DNA of 64,000 nt from Candidatus Gottesmanbacteria bacterium (lineage in GTDB: Bacteria; Patescibacteriota; Microgenomatia; 2-02-FULL-39-11): NCBI GenBank assembly GCA_016186795.1, contig JACPKY010000002.1, positions 154,593 to 218,592 of the forward strand. The letters run 5' to 3'. The notes beneath the pieces are model-generated. The model was not told where the DNA came from and ran no database searches. It saw only the letters and a list, made by a program, of their open reading frames with translations. The stretch's first letter is position 1, and each line of letters begins with the position of its first letter. Positions 10,584 through 19,768 of the stretch are shown piece by piece. The position numbers and the translations under genes were made by a program.

Positions 10584-11680
10584 ACAATAACCTCCATAAG
10601 TGTCCTTTGAATAATATCTATGGGTACGCGTTGCCGTGTTTTGATCTTTCCAATAGCAGAAAAAAGTACAAAGGTCCCCCCTTTCTTGTCCATTTTCATA
10701 AGACGCATCACCTCATCAACAGAAATATTTTTTACCCTGATAGGGAGACCCAATGATTCAATCGACGTCACTATTTTGTCACGGTCGGAAACGCTAAGAA
10801 TTCCACGATACGAACTAATTTTTGCTACCGCAACAAGTCCAATGGCAACTGCCTGTCCGTGCGAAAGTGTTTTGCAAGCTCCTTCAATTGCATGTCCAAT
10901 CGTATGTCCGAGATTGAGGGAATCTCGGATACCTTTGGTTTCATAAGGGTCTTTCCGGATAACTCCAAGCTTTATTTGTTGACAAAGGCTAATAATAGAA
11001 CACAGTTCACTATCTGACATTTGCACCCCTTTAGAAATCTTTGCAAGAATATTCATGCTCGGCCTCCCCCACCCTGCCCAGTATTTCACCATTTCCCCAA
11101 GACCGTTGAGTATTTCTTTTCTGGGAAGAGTCCGAAGAAAATTACAATCCGTGATAACTGCAGTTGGGGGGTAGAATGTCCCAACCATATTTTTTAGAAG
11201 ACTAGTTTCAGAGATACGCACGTTAACTCCAGTCTTTCCTCCGATGGCCGCATCAACTTGAGATAGGAGTGTTGTCGGAATTAAGATTGTGTCAATACCC
11301 CGAAGAAGTACTGATCCCAAGAAACCCCCAATATCGGTAACTACTCCTCCACCAATAGCTAGAAAGAGTGCATTTCTATCAAATCCGGCTGTAAAAAACG
11401 GTTTGAGAAGAAATGGGAGAGAATCGACACTTTTTATCGTTTCGGATGGGGAAATACTTACAACCGTCATACGCTTTTTTGCTAGTTTTAACGATTGGAA
11501 AAGAGTTTTTCCATAGAGTTTTTCAACCGTTTCATCAATGAGAACAAGAAAGGATGAATGGGACATTAGGGCAGCTTCCTTACGTGAGATCAGATTTTCT
11601 ACAATTGAGGAACCCACGATATAGGCCGTTTTATGTACCTTCGGAATAGTGTTGACAGAAATTTTCTTTACGTTTTGCAT
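10580..11680 (-). CDS. aroB: 3-dehydroquinate synthase. Start moved to the internal ATG (MQNVKK...).
   Basis: GGGVVTDIGGF NAD-binding motif and His-rich metal-binding site near the C-terminus. Longer ORF 10580..11869 in the same frame. Confidence 0.8.
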   Translation of the reverse strand: MQNVKKISVNTIPKVHKTAYIVGSSIVENLISRKEAALMSHSSFLVLIDETVEKLYGKTLFQSLKLAKKRMTVVSISPSETIKSVDSLPFLLKPFFTAGFDRNALFLAIGGGVVTDIGGFLGSVLLRGIDTILIPTTLLSQVDAAIGGKTGVNVRISETSLLKNMVGTFYPPTAVITDCNFLRTLPRKEILNGLGEMVKYWAGWGRPSMNILAKISKGVQMSDSELCSIISLCQQIKLGVIRKDPYETKGIRDSLNLGHTIGHAIEGACKTLSHGQAVAIGLVAVAKISSYRGILSVSDRDKIVTSIESLGLPIRVKNISVDEVMRLMKMDKKGGTFVLFSAIGKIKTRQRVPIDIIQRTLMEVIV

Positions 11681-11687
11681 AGTATTT

Positions 11688-12014
11688 TTAGACAATGTGC
11701 ATTCCACGGTCTCGAAGTAATTTTGTTTTTTCAAAAAAAGCAAGGAAGTTTTTTCTATTTGAAATTTCTCCAAGGATATCCTTCGTCGTTCTACTTGGTG
11801 TTGCGATAATAGCAAAATCAAAGAGTGGGTTTTTCCTTCGAACATCAAGTGCTTTGTCAATGAGTTCACTCTTTATTGTCAATACTGTTCTTTTGGGGTT
11901 TTGGCATACACCATACAATACGACCCGTTCTTTCAATTGTTGTCTTAAGCTTCTGGCAATTGATCCCCCAATAAGACCTACACCAATAATAGCGATATGT
12001 ATCGTTTTTTTCAT
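11688..12014 (-). CDS. Truncated prephenate/arogenate dehydrogenase-like protein. Only the N-terminal NAD-binding domain is present (108 aa); possible gene remnant.
   Basis: MKKTIHIAIIGVGLIGGSIARSL Rossmann motif typical of TyrA. ORF ends after about 108 aa, whereas TyrA is about 280 aa. Located between the chorismate mutase and aroB genes. Confidence 0.5.
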   Translation of the reverse strand: MKKTIHIAIIGVGLIGGSIARSLRQQLKERVVLYGVCQNPKRTVLTIKSELIDKALDVRRKNPLFDFAIIATPSRTTKDILGEISNRKNFLAFFEKTKLLRDRGMHIV

Positions 12015-12307
12015 AGAAAATCCTTTTCCTGCTCTTTCTTGGAAAAGTAAAGAATAACAGTGAAAAGCTTTTCGACGAGTTCTTTGGAAATATTCATTGA
12101 CGTGCCCTTTTTTAGTAATTTTTCCATAAGTTTTTTTTCTCGCTTTTGGTCTTCAATGGCAAGACCTTGAGTTTTTTTGACTCTTGCGATTTCTTGTGAG
12201 AGGATGAACCTTTTTTGTACAAGCGTAAGGATTGCTCCATCAATCTGGTCTATTTTTAATCGAATAGCTTCAAGTTTCATACGTTTTTCCTTTCTGGTAC
12301 TGTCCAA
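12011..12307 (-). CDS. Chorismate mutase, AroQ class. Probable start at MKLEAIR (12280).
   Basis: RLKIDQIDGAILTLVQKRFILSQEIARVK matches the AroQ helical chorismate mutase core. Confidence 0.75.
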   Translation of the reverse strand: MDSTRKEKRMKLEAIRLKIDQIDGAILTLVQKRFILSQEIARVKKTQGLAIEDQKREKKLMEKLLKKGTSMNISKELVEKLFTVILYFSKKEQEKDFL

Positions 12308-13133
12308 GAATTTTTAGAAATCGGACATGTTTCTTCAACTTTGTAAGCAAAGATTTGATTTCTATTGATTTCTCACCAAGGTCAAAATCAAGGTAGAAAA
12401 CATATTCCCATGCATGATTAAAAACTGGTCGGGACTCAATCTTTGTAAGGTTTATATGAGCTTTGGCAAACGGAAGAAGCGTTTTGACCAAACTTCCTGG
12501 TACGTGACTGAGAGAAAAAAGGAGTGAAATCTTATTTCCCCTTTTCCCAGTCTTTCTCCCTATTATTCCAAATCGTGTAAAGTTTTCCTTCGTATTCTCA
12601 ATCCTCGGAGTAAGAATTTGTAAACGATAAATTTTTGCAGCAAGAGTTCCCGCAATTGCAGAAAATGTGGGATCATTTGACTCCGAGACGAATTGAGCCC
12701 CCCTAGCCGTATCTGATAGTGCTTCCTGTGCGATCTTTGGATGCTTTTTCAGAAAAACACTGCATTGTGTGAATGCCTGAGGGTGGGAAAAGCATTTCGC
12801 AATTCTTGATAGCCGAAAAGATTTGTTGATTGTCTTATCTTTCTTCACCAGAAGATGGTGGTGAATTTTAAGATACACCTCCCCTACAAGCTGCAATTGA
12901 AACCGAAGGAGATGATCATAAGTTTCTAAGACCGATCCAGCTGTTGAATTTTCCAAAGGGACAACACCCCTTTCGCACTCACCGCTTGCGACAGCTTGAA
13001 ATACATCTTCAATTGATATCTTGGGAGATGGGGTGGAAGCACTCCCAAAATATTTTTGGAAAGCGAAAAAACTGTAAGAGCCGGAAATTCCCAAAAATGC
13101 AACGGAAGGTGTCACTCTTTGTTTGCCATTCAT
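12270..13133 (-). CDS. pheA: Prephenate dehydratase with C-terminal ACT domain
   Basis: VAFLGISGSYSF N-terminus and TRF/ESRP motifs (TKIESRP). Confidence 0.85.
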   Translation of the reverse strand: MNGKQRVTPSVAFLGISGSYSFFAFQKYFGSASTPSPKISIEDVFQAVASGECERGVVPLENSTAGSVLETYDHLLRFQLQLVGEVYLKIHHHLLVKKDKTINKSFRLSRIAKCFSHPQAFTQCSVFLKKHPKIAQEALSDTARGAQFVSESNDPTFSAIAGTLAAKIYRLQILTPRIENTKENFTRFGIIGRKTGKRGNKISLLFSLSHVPGSLVKTLLPFAKAHINLTKIESRPVFNHAWEYVFYLDFDLGEKSIEIKSLLTKLKKHVRFLKILGQYQKGKTYET

Positions 13134-14143
13134 GATCGGTCAACAGCGTTGGCAACTCGCTGTACCTCTTTGACAATTTTTGTAAGTTCTTGAATCGATA
13201 TCGCTTGGTCACTATCCGAGAGCGATTTTCGTGGATCCACATGTGCTTCAATAAGGAGACCATCAGCACCAGCTGCAATTGCTGCCCGGCTCATCGCACG
13301 AACGAGATTTGCTCGTCCCGTACCATGACTCGGATCAACAATAACCGGTAAGTGCGTTTCGTGTTTCAAATACGGTACGATATTCAAGTCGAGTGTGAAT
13401 CGAGTTTCAGAAACGTGAGTCCGTATTCCTCGTTCGCAAAGGAGAACATTTTTATTGCCTCCCAGAAGAATGTATTCTGCTGCGAGAAGAAATTCCTTGT
13501 ATGTCGCCCACATACCGCGTTTTAACAAGACTGGTTTCCTTACTTTTCCAAGTTCGCGAAGTAACGGATAATTCTGCATATTTCTTGTTCCTACTTGGAA
13601 AATATCGGTATATTTATCGATAAGTTCAATATCTCGGACATCGAGAATTTCCGTAATGACGGCAAGACCACTTCTCTTTCCAGCTTCTTTGAGAAAATGG
13701 AGGCCAATTTTACCCAAGCCTTGAAAATCATACGGTCCTGTTCGGGGCTTGAATGCACCACCTCGAAGGATTTGGCACCCTGCATCTTTTACCTTTTTTG
13801 CAGTTTCGATAATTTGCTCTTTTGTTTCAACTGAACATGGACCAGCCATGATAATAATGCGTTTCCCGCCTATTTTAAGCCCATTTTTTACTGAGACGAC
13901 CGAGGGAGTCTCACGGAAAGATTTGCTCGCAAGCCTATACGGACGGTCTACATCCAAAGTCTTCTCAACGCTTGCGTTCTTTTCAATCTCACGACGGGTA
14001 AGCTCACCACAACGACCGAGAACAACAAGAAGCTCCTGTTCCTCGTGTTCGACCGGACGTACTTCAACGTTTCTTTGGGCCAGAAACGTACGGAATTCCT
14101 TCTCTTTTGAAAGTGGTAACCCTTTTTTTAGAAAAATAATCAT
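13130..14143 (-). CDS. 3-deoxy-7-phosphoheptulonate (DAHP) synthase, type I-beta, with N-terminal ferredoxin-like regulatory domain
   Basis: AGPCSVE...[19 protein letters not shown] core (KDO8P/DAHPS family) and an N-terminal extension similar to Thermotoga-type DAHPS. Confidence 0.8.
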   Translation of the reverse strand: MIIFLKKGLPLSKEKEFRTFLAQRNVEVRPVEHEEQELLVVLGRCGELTRREIEKNASVEKTLDVDRPYRLASKSFRETPSVVSVKNGLKIGGKRIIIMAGPCSVETKEQIIETAKKVKDAGCQILRGGAFKPRTGPYDFQGLGKIGLHFLKEAGKRSGLAVITEILDVRDIELIDKYTDIFQVGTRNMQNYPLLRELGKVRKPVLLKRGMWATYKEFLLAAEYILLGGNKNVLLCERGIRTHVSETRFTLDLNIVPYLKHETHLPVIVDPSHGTGRANLVRAMSRAAIAAGADGLLIEAHVDPRKSLSDSDQAISIQELTKIVKEVQRVANAVDRS

Positions 14144-14167
14144 AAAAAAACCCCGCTTTTTGCGGGG
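14144..14167 (-). terminator. Rho-independent terminator: hairpin CCCCGC-AAAAA-GCGGGG followed by a U7 tract (read on the minus strand)
   Basis: Plus strand reads aaaaaaaccccgctttttgcgggg. It lies downstream of rplT and immediately abuts the DAHP synthase start codon. Confidence 0.6.
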
Positions 14168-14284
14168 TAGTCATCAGTTTACCTTTACCTATTTTACCAA
14201 AGGAAACCTTCCCCGCAAGCTGGGGTGAAGTAAAATGCAAAATACCAATTCTGAGATTTTTCAATCATAGTCGTATGTACTGTA

Positions 14285-14632
14285 TCAAAGAGATCGTACC
14301 TTGTCAACAATTGCTTGGAATCCCTCCTTATCAGATATCAGAAGATCTGCTAAAATTTTTCGATCCAAAGCAATGCGAGCACGCTTTAGTTTCGCAACAA
14401 AAGTACTGTAGGATATTCCCATTGGTTTTAATCCTCCGGAGATTCGCATAATCCAAAGCCGGCGAAATTGAGATTTCCGAATTTTCCGACCTGCATAGGC
14501 ATACGTTCCCGCGTGAAGTTGAGCTTCCTTTGCCACCTTCACGAGCCTGGAGCGAGTCATTCGATACCCCTTTACTGACTCTAGAAGCTTTTTATGGCGC
14601 CTATGACTTACAACACCTCGTTTTACTCTCAT
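14285..14632 (-). CDS. rplT: 50S ribosomal protein L20
   Basis: MRVKRGVVSHRRHKK... typical L20 sequence. Confidence 0.9.
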   Translation of the reverse strand: MRVKRGVVSHRRHKKLLESVKGYRMTRSRLVKVAKEAQLHAGTYAYAGRKIRKSQFRRLWIMRISGGLKPMGISYSTFVAKLKRARIALDRKILADLLISDKEGFQAIVDKVRSL

Positions 14633-14633
14633 A

Positions 14634-14825
14634 TTATTTACCGATGAGGGATTTTACCACGTTGGCATATTTAGTCGCAAGTTTCACTGGTTCTGCAAAC
14701 GAACGAATTCTTCTCTTACTTTTATGGAGTTTTCGGTGGCGAGATGCTTGGTGGCCACGAAATACTTTACCTCCCGCATTTACCTTGAACCGTTTTGCGA
14801 CAGATTTACGTGTTTTTGTCTTCAT
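14634..14825 (-). CDS. rpmI: 50S ribosomal protein L35
   Basis: MKTKTRKSVAKRFKV... typical L35 sequence. 63 aa. Confidence 0.9.
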   Translation of the reverse strand: MKTKTRKSVAKRFKVNAGGKVFRGHQASRHRKLHKSKRRIRSFAEPVKLATKYANVVKSLIGK

Positions 14826-15360
14826 GCTGAATTTTTCCTTCCATTTTGGCAGACGCTAATATTGTAACAAGAATTTTCCCTTCAAAATACGGTTCCTTGA
14901 CAACTTTTGATATTCCCTGCAAGTACTCTTTTGCCCTTTTTAATACGTTAAACCCAAATTCTTTGTGAATAATTTCCCTCCCCCGAAATGGGACGGCAAT
15001 CTTGAGTTGATTCCCAGCTTTTAAAAACGCTTCCCCACGCATGAGGCGTACCTTAAAGTCGTGGTCCCCGATAAATGGGGATAGTCGGATTTCTTTTATT
15101 CCGACATTTTTGGCGCTCTTTTTCGATTCCCGTTCCTTTTTCGCCTCAAGATACTTAAATTTTTTAAAATCAATGAGCTTTACAACGGGGGGATTTGCCT
15201 TTCCTGCAATCTCCACTAAATCTTTTTGCTGTGATTGAGCAAGCTTTAGAGCGTCCAGTCGACTGATAATACCAATTTGTTTCCCCGCTTCATCGAGAAG
15301 TCGAAGAGTGGCTGCCGTAATTTGATAATTCAGTCGATAAAACTTAAAGTTTTTTTTCAA
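14806..15360 (-). CDS. infC: Translation initiation factor IF-3. True start uncertain (non-AUG start is common for infC).
   Basis: INYQITA..LRLLDEAGKQIG and KFKY motifs. Context thrS-infC-rpmI-rplT. Confidence 0.85.
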   Translation of the reverse strand: MKKNFKFYRLNYQITAATLRLLDEAGKQIGIISRLDALKLAQSQQKDLVEIAGKANPPVVKLIDFKKFKYLEAKKERESKKSAKNVGIKEIRLSPFIGDHDFKVRLMRGEAFLKAGNQLKIAVPFRGREIIHKEFGFNVLKRAKEYLQGISKVVKEPYFEGKILVTILASAKMEGKIQHEDKNT

Positions 15361-17131
15361 TCTGGGTTTTCAGCTCCTCAAGAAAAGCAGAGAGAGCCAC
15401 ATTCTGTCTATTTTCTCCACTTCTTTCCCGAACAGTTACTACATACGTATTCGTGTTTATATCAGATGATTCCTGTTCTTTGTCCCCAATTATAACGGTA
15501 AAAGGGATTTTTTGTAAAGATGCATCTCTAATTTTTGATTGCATCGATTCACTTCGCGAGTCAAGCTCTACACGGATATTTTCTTCACGCAATTTTTTAA
15601 AAACTGCCAAGGCTGTGGAATTATGTCTATCAGCAATAGGAATAATTTTTACTTGAACTGGGGAAATCCATAGAGGAAATTTACCAGCGTAGTGCTCTAT
15701 CAAGATAGCTAAGAACCGTTCTGTAGCACCAATGATCGCTATATGAAGGATTGCTGGACGCTTTTGACCTCCATCGGCATCAGTATAGTTTAAATCAAAA
15801 TTTTCAGGTTGATTAAAATCCAACTGGATAGTTGTTAGTTGCCATTCACGACTTAGGCTGTCCTTGACCAAAAAATCTATCTTTGGACCATAAAAAGCAG
15901 CCTCACCAGTTCCTATTTCGTAAGGGATTTTTCGTGAGTTTACTGCGTCTTCCAGTTCTTTTTCTGCGTTATCCCAAACCGTTCCCTCTCCCAAATATTT
16001 TTCCAAATGTGATTTATCTCTTACTGAAATTCTGGCACGGAAATTTTTTAACCCAAACGCATCATACACTTCTTTCGTAAGAGAAATTGCTCGATCTATT
16101 TCTTGTTGAACTTCTTCGTATTTTACGAACCAGTGACTATCATCTTGTGTCACAGATCTCACTCGGAAAAGACCATTGAGTACCCCACTTTTTTCGTATC
16201 GATAGACTGTCGAATTTTCTGCAAGCCGTAAAGGTAAATCTCTATAGCTTCTCGGCTTTTCCAGATAAATTTGAAAATGGTGAGGACAATTCATTGGTTT
16301 TAATGTATATTCATCCTCCTCAACCTTCAGAGGTGGCATCATCGCGTCATATTTATGCCAATGTTTACTCTGTTTATAAAGTTCTGTTCGAGCAATGTGA
16401 GGAGTCCAGACAAACTGCAATCCGTAAGACTCTTTCAGTTTTACTAGATAATCTTCAATGATTCTTCGAAGTATCTCCCCCTTCGGCATAAAAATAGGTA
16501 AACCTGGACCCACAGTTGGTGAGAATAGAAATAATTCGAGCGCCTTTCCAATTTTTTTGTGGTCTCTTTTTTTGGCTTCTTCTTGTTGCCAGAGATACGT
16601 ATCCAATTCGTCTTTGGTCGGAAAACAGGTACCATAAATTCGTGTCAACATCTTATTTTTCTCATTTCCCCTCCAGTAAGCACCGGCAATAGAAAGAAGC
16701 TTAAAATATTTCAGTTCTTTTGATGGATAATCAACGTGTCCCATTTTGCATAAATCAAGAAAGTTTCCGGGATTATTGGTCTTAAGAGCTTTACCATCTT
16801 TCGCAAATTCCTTAGCCAGTTCAACCTTGTACGGATTCTCCTTAAAGATTTTTTTTGCCTGTTCCAGTGATACTTCTTGAAATTCAAAATGGTTCCAACT
16901 CGGCAGAATTTCTCTCATCTTCTCCTCAATTTTTGGAAGATCGCTCTCAGAAATTTTGGTGCTTCCCATATCGAAATCTTGATAGAAACCATTTTCGATT
17001 GCCGGACCTATGGCGTTATGTGTTCCTGGCCAAAGCTCAAGCACTGCTTTTGCAAGAAGATGTGCTGCAGAATGTCGAAGAGTGTCTAGATATTTATTAT
17101 TATTTTTTTCCATACGAAACAAAAAATCCAC
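15344..17131 (-). CDS. thrS: Threonyl-tRNA synthetase
   Basis: RHSAAHLLAKA (zinc/editing region), class II motifs and C-terminal anticodon-binding domain. Confidence 0.85.
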   Translation of the reverse strand: MDFLFRMEKNNNKYLDTLRHSAAHLLAKAVLELWPGTHNAIGPAIENGFYQDFDMGSTKISESDLPKIEEKMREILPSWNHFEFQEVSLEQAKKIFKENPYKVELAKEFAKDGKALKTNNPGNFLDLCKMGHVDYPSKELKYFKLLSIAGAYWRGNEKNKMLTRIYGTCFPTKDELDTYLWQQEEAKKRDHKKIGKALELFLFSPTVGPGLPIFMPKGEILRRIIEDYLVKLKESYGLQFVWTPHIARTELYKQSKHWHKYDAMMPPLKVEEDEYTLKPMNCPHHFQIYLEKPRSYRDLPLRLAENSTVYRYEKSGVLNGLFRVRSVTQDDSHWFVKYEEVQQEIDRAISLTKEVYDAFGLKNFRARISVRDKSHLEKYLGEGTVWDNAEKELEDAVNSRKIPYEIGTGEAAFYGPKIDFLVKDSLSREWQLTTIQLDFNQPENFDLNYTDADGGQKRPAILHIAIIGATERFLAILIEHYAGKFPLWISPVQVKIIPIADRHNSTALAVFKKLREENIRVELDSRSESMQSKIRDASLQKIPFTVIIGDKEQESSDINTNTYVVTVRERSGENRQNVALSAFLEELKTQIEKKL

Positions 17132-17328
17132 CTACATGTTGGATCCCGATCCAATCGGGAGGTTCCATCCAACAAATTCTTGTACTTTCGTACAGAATGG
17201 TGGCTTAATTACTCTCTTTCGCTCAAGTTGCGTCTAGCTTTAGAGTTGGTGAGTCTCTATCCAAACGCTAGAATGAACTATTTTTATAATAGCACAACAC
17301 TTCAAGAAAGCAAATGGAAGGGTTCCTT

Positions 17329-17404
17329 TGGTGACCGCTAAAGGACTCGGACCTTTGACCTTCACGATGTCAACGTGACGCTCTACCAACTGAGCTAAGC
17401 GGTC
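17329..17404 (-). tRNA. tRNA-Val (anticodon GAC)
   Basis: Manual fold: GACCGCT/AGCGGTC acceptor, GCTC-AGTTGGTA-GAGC D arm, anticodon loop TTGACAT, T loop TCCGAGT. CCA is encoded. Confidence 0.8.
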
Positions 17405-17456
17405 TTCGGTGGTATTATATCGGGATTACGGGTGTGGAGCAATAAGTGGGTACGGA

Positions 17457-18050
17457 CTAACCCGTTTGCGTCGCAATAGTTCGTTCGTGAGAAAGACCAA
17501 ACATCGTCCCATGTTTTTTATACATTTTCCAATATCCTAACCGTTTTTTCTTCCGCGCTGAAAATGTCGCCAGCCATGCTCTTCCTTCACTTACTCGTAT
17601 TTGCAGTTGCCGAACAAGGCTAAGTAACCATTCAAGGTACCGAAGATAGTAAATACCGGTCTTGGCGGGCAGGTGTTCTACCTTCACTTTCGATAGCTCA
17701 TGGGAGAGTGACTTTTCGGATTTTTCCAGAACAGTAATCTGATCTTTTAGTTTTTGCAAGATAACACGCGTTTCTGTATAGATTTCTTTATCCTCTTTTT
17801 GATGAGTATAGGAAAAAACAAGAGTTTCAGACGTTTTCAATACTGGTTTTTGTTCCTCCCCTGATGGGCGGAAAAACTGGTCTGGGGCAAATAAGCCTCC
17901 AAGTTGTTTTCTTAACCCGATGGTTTGGGTGGAGGTGGATGTGAGTTTCTCCGGATGCTCGTCTCCCCATGCGTTTCGACGCGTTCGAAGTATATGATTA
18001 TTTGGCATATCAGCGGGTTTATACCACAATTTCCAATGCGAGTCAAACAA
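17457..18050 (-). CDS. Hypothetical protein
   Basis: 197 aa ORF with no recognisable motif. Long enough and in operon-like orientation. Confidence 0.4.
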   Translation of the reverse strand: MFDSHWKLWYKPADMPNNHILRTRRNAWGDEHPEKLTSTSTQTIGLRKQLGGLFAPDQFFRPSGEEQKPVLKTSETLVFSYTHQKEDKEIYTETRVILQKLKDQITVLEKSEKSLSHELSKVKVEHLPAKTGIYYLRYLEWLLSLVRQLQIRVSEGRAWLATFSARKKKRLGYWKMYKKHGTMFGLSHERTIATQTG

Positions 18051-18053
18051 TAA

Positions 18054-18902
18054 CTATAGGGTATTTAAGAACTCAAGTGTCTTTTGCTGACGTATAAGAT
18101 GTGCGAGATAATAGCTTTCCTTTTTCAGTTTTTCTCGTTCCTCTGGCTTTTCCACTTTCTCAACAAGGGTATCGATGTCCTTTTGTGTAACAGTAATATT
18201 CTCTTTATCGGCAATCTCACTTAGGATTAATTCAATTTTGAGATTATGTGTCGCTTGCGTTGCATACTCTGCCCGAATCTGTTCCGATGTTTTCCCCTTC
18301 GCAAGGAGATATTGTTCAACGGTTAATCCCAGTTGTTGTGTCTGGTCGACAAGATTTGAGAGGAGTCTATTTGCTTCATCCGCAATCAGTATGTCAGAAA
18401 TCTCAACGTCTGCTTCACTTACTAGTGCCTCCATGATTTCCTCGACACTAAGCTTCCCTTTTCCATCTTTCTCCTCTTTCGACCCAGGCGTCCATATTTT
18501 GACTTTCCCCTTTTTGAGCGTTCGTACTTTTTCTTTATAGTCTTTCAGGTGAATCTCGGGTTTCGTTGCAATTTTTGCAATAACCACCCAGTCCTCATTT
18601 TCTTTTGCTTTGGAAACCTCTATTTTCGGAGAAGATATTGGCGTGAGTTTATTGGCAGTTACAGATTCTGCATACGCGTTCGGAATGACATCTTTCACAA
18701 CAGCTTCATAGATACGGGTTTTATTGAGGTGTTTAAGAGCAATCTCTTTCGGTGCCTTTCCTTTCCGAAATCCAGCAATTTCAACCTCTCCGAGAGCGGA
18801 TGATTCATATTTTTCATACACTGGGGCTATATCGCTCCATGGGATAGTTATGGTAATTTCGACAGTTGCCTTGGGCAACGTTTTTACTGTTGACGTTGGC
18901 AT
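18054..18902 (-). CDS. tig: Trigger factor, short form. Start at the internal ATG (MPTSTVK...).
   Basis: N-terminal ribosome-binding signature GFRKGKAPK and TF-like sequence. Confidence 0.7.
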   Translation of the reverse strand: MPTSTVKTLPKATVEITITIPWSDIAPVYEKYESSALGEVEIAGFRKGKAPKEIALKHLNKTRIYEAVVKDVIPNAYAESVTANKLTPISSPKIEVSKAKENEDWVVIAKIATKPEIHLKDYKEKVRTLKKGKVKIWTPGSKEEKDGKGKLSVEEIMEALVSEADVEISDILIADEANRLLSNLVDQTQQLGLTVEQYLLAKGKTSEQIRAEYATQATHNLKIELILSEIADKENITVTQKDIDTLVEKVEKPEEREKLKKESYYLAHLIRQQKTLEFLNTL

Positions 18903-18935
18903 TAGCTCATTATACCATACAGGAAAGAGAATTCT

Positions 18936-19649
18936 ATGGAAAAGAAAGTCTCTGAAAAAGTTCAAGAGGAAATACTTTTACGGTTAAGGAAAACCTATCC
19001 GAAAGCCAAAATTGTACTAAAGTATGGGTCATATTGGGAGCTTCTTATTGCTGTAATTTTGTCTGCACAATGTACAGATATCATCGTGAATAAAGTAACT
19101 GAAATTCTTTTTCAAAAATACAAAACACTTGATGATTACGTGAACGCAAATCAGTCCGAGTTTGAAAACGATATAAAGTCAACGGGGTTTTATAGGAATA
19201 AAGCAAAAAATATTCTTGCAACTGCCAAGATTATTAAGGAAAAATACGGCGGAGTAGTTCCAAATACTATGAAAGACTTATTGCCTCTTCCAGGTTGTGC
19301 CAGAAAGACAGCCAATATTGTTTTGGGAAATGCGTATGGAGTCGTTGAGGGAATCGCTGTTGACACCCATGTTGCGCGTATTTCTCAACGGTTACGACTC
19401 GTTGATATCGGAAAAATTGGAGGCAAAAGAAAACGAATGATTGAAAAAAAAGGAAAACAGGTCATTGATTTTCTCAAAGACGCAGATCCTAATAAAATTG
19501 AACTGTCACTTATGAAAACACTTCCAAAAAGTGAATGGTTTTCCTTCACCTATCGGGTCATTGATCATGGAAGATCAATCTGCAAAGCGGCAAATCCCCT
19601 CTGTGGTGAATGCGTCCTTAGTAAACTCTGCCCAGTTTCCAGAGTTTAA
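18936..19649 (+). CDS. nth: Endonuclease III (DNA glycosylase/AP lyase)
   Basis: HhH-GPD motif LPGCARKTANIVL and 4Fe-4S cluster loop CxxxxxxCxxCxxxxxC at the C-terminus. Confidence 0.85.
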   Translation: MEKKVSEKVQEEILLRLRKTYPKAKIVLKYGSYWELLIAVILSAQCTDIIVNKVTEILFQKYKTLDDYVNANQSEFENDIKSTGFYRNKAKNILATAKIIKEKYGGVVPNTMKDLLPLPGCARKTANIVLGNAYGVVEGIAVDTHVARISQRLRLVDIGKIGGKRKRMIEKKGKQVIDFLKDADPNKIELSLMKTLPKSEWFSFTYRVIDHGRSICKAANPLCGECVLSKLCPVSRV

Positions 19650-19651
19650 AG

Positions 19652-19735
19652 TGCCTAGGGGGAGACTCGAACTCCCAAGCTTTTGCAAGCACTAGCTCCT
19701 AAAGCTAGCGCGTCTACCAATTCCGCCACCTAGGC
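19652..19735 (-). tRNA. tRNA-Leu (anticodon TAG), long variable arm
   Basis: Manual fold: GCCTAGG/CCTAGGC acceptor, anticodon loop TTTAGGA, long variable arm, T loop TTCGAGT. Confidence 0.75.
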
Positions 19736-19768
19736 CACGAGGTTTTTCCCTACATTATTATATACCGG

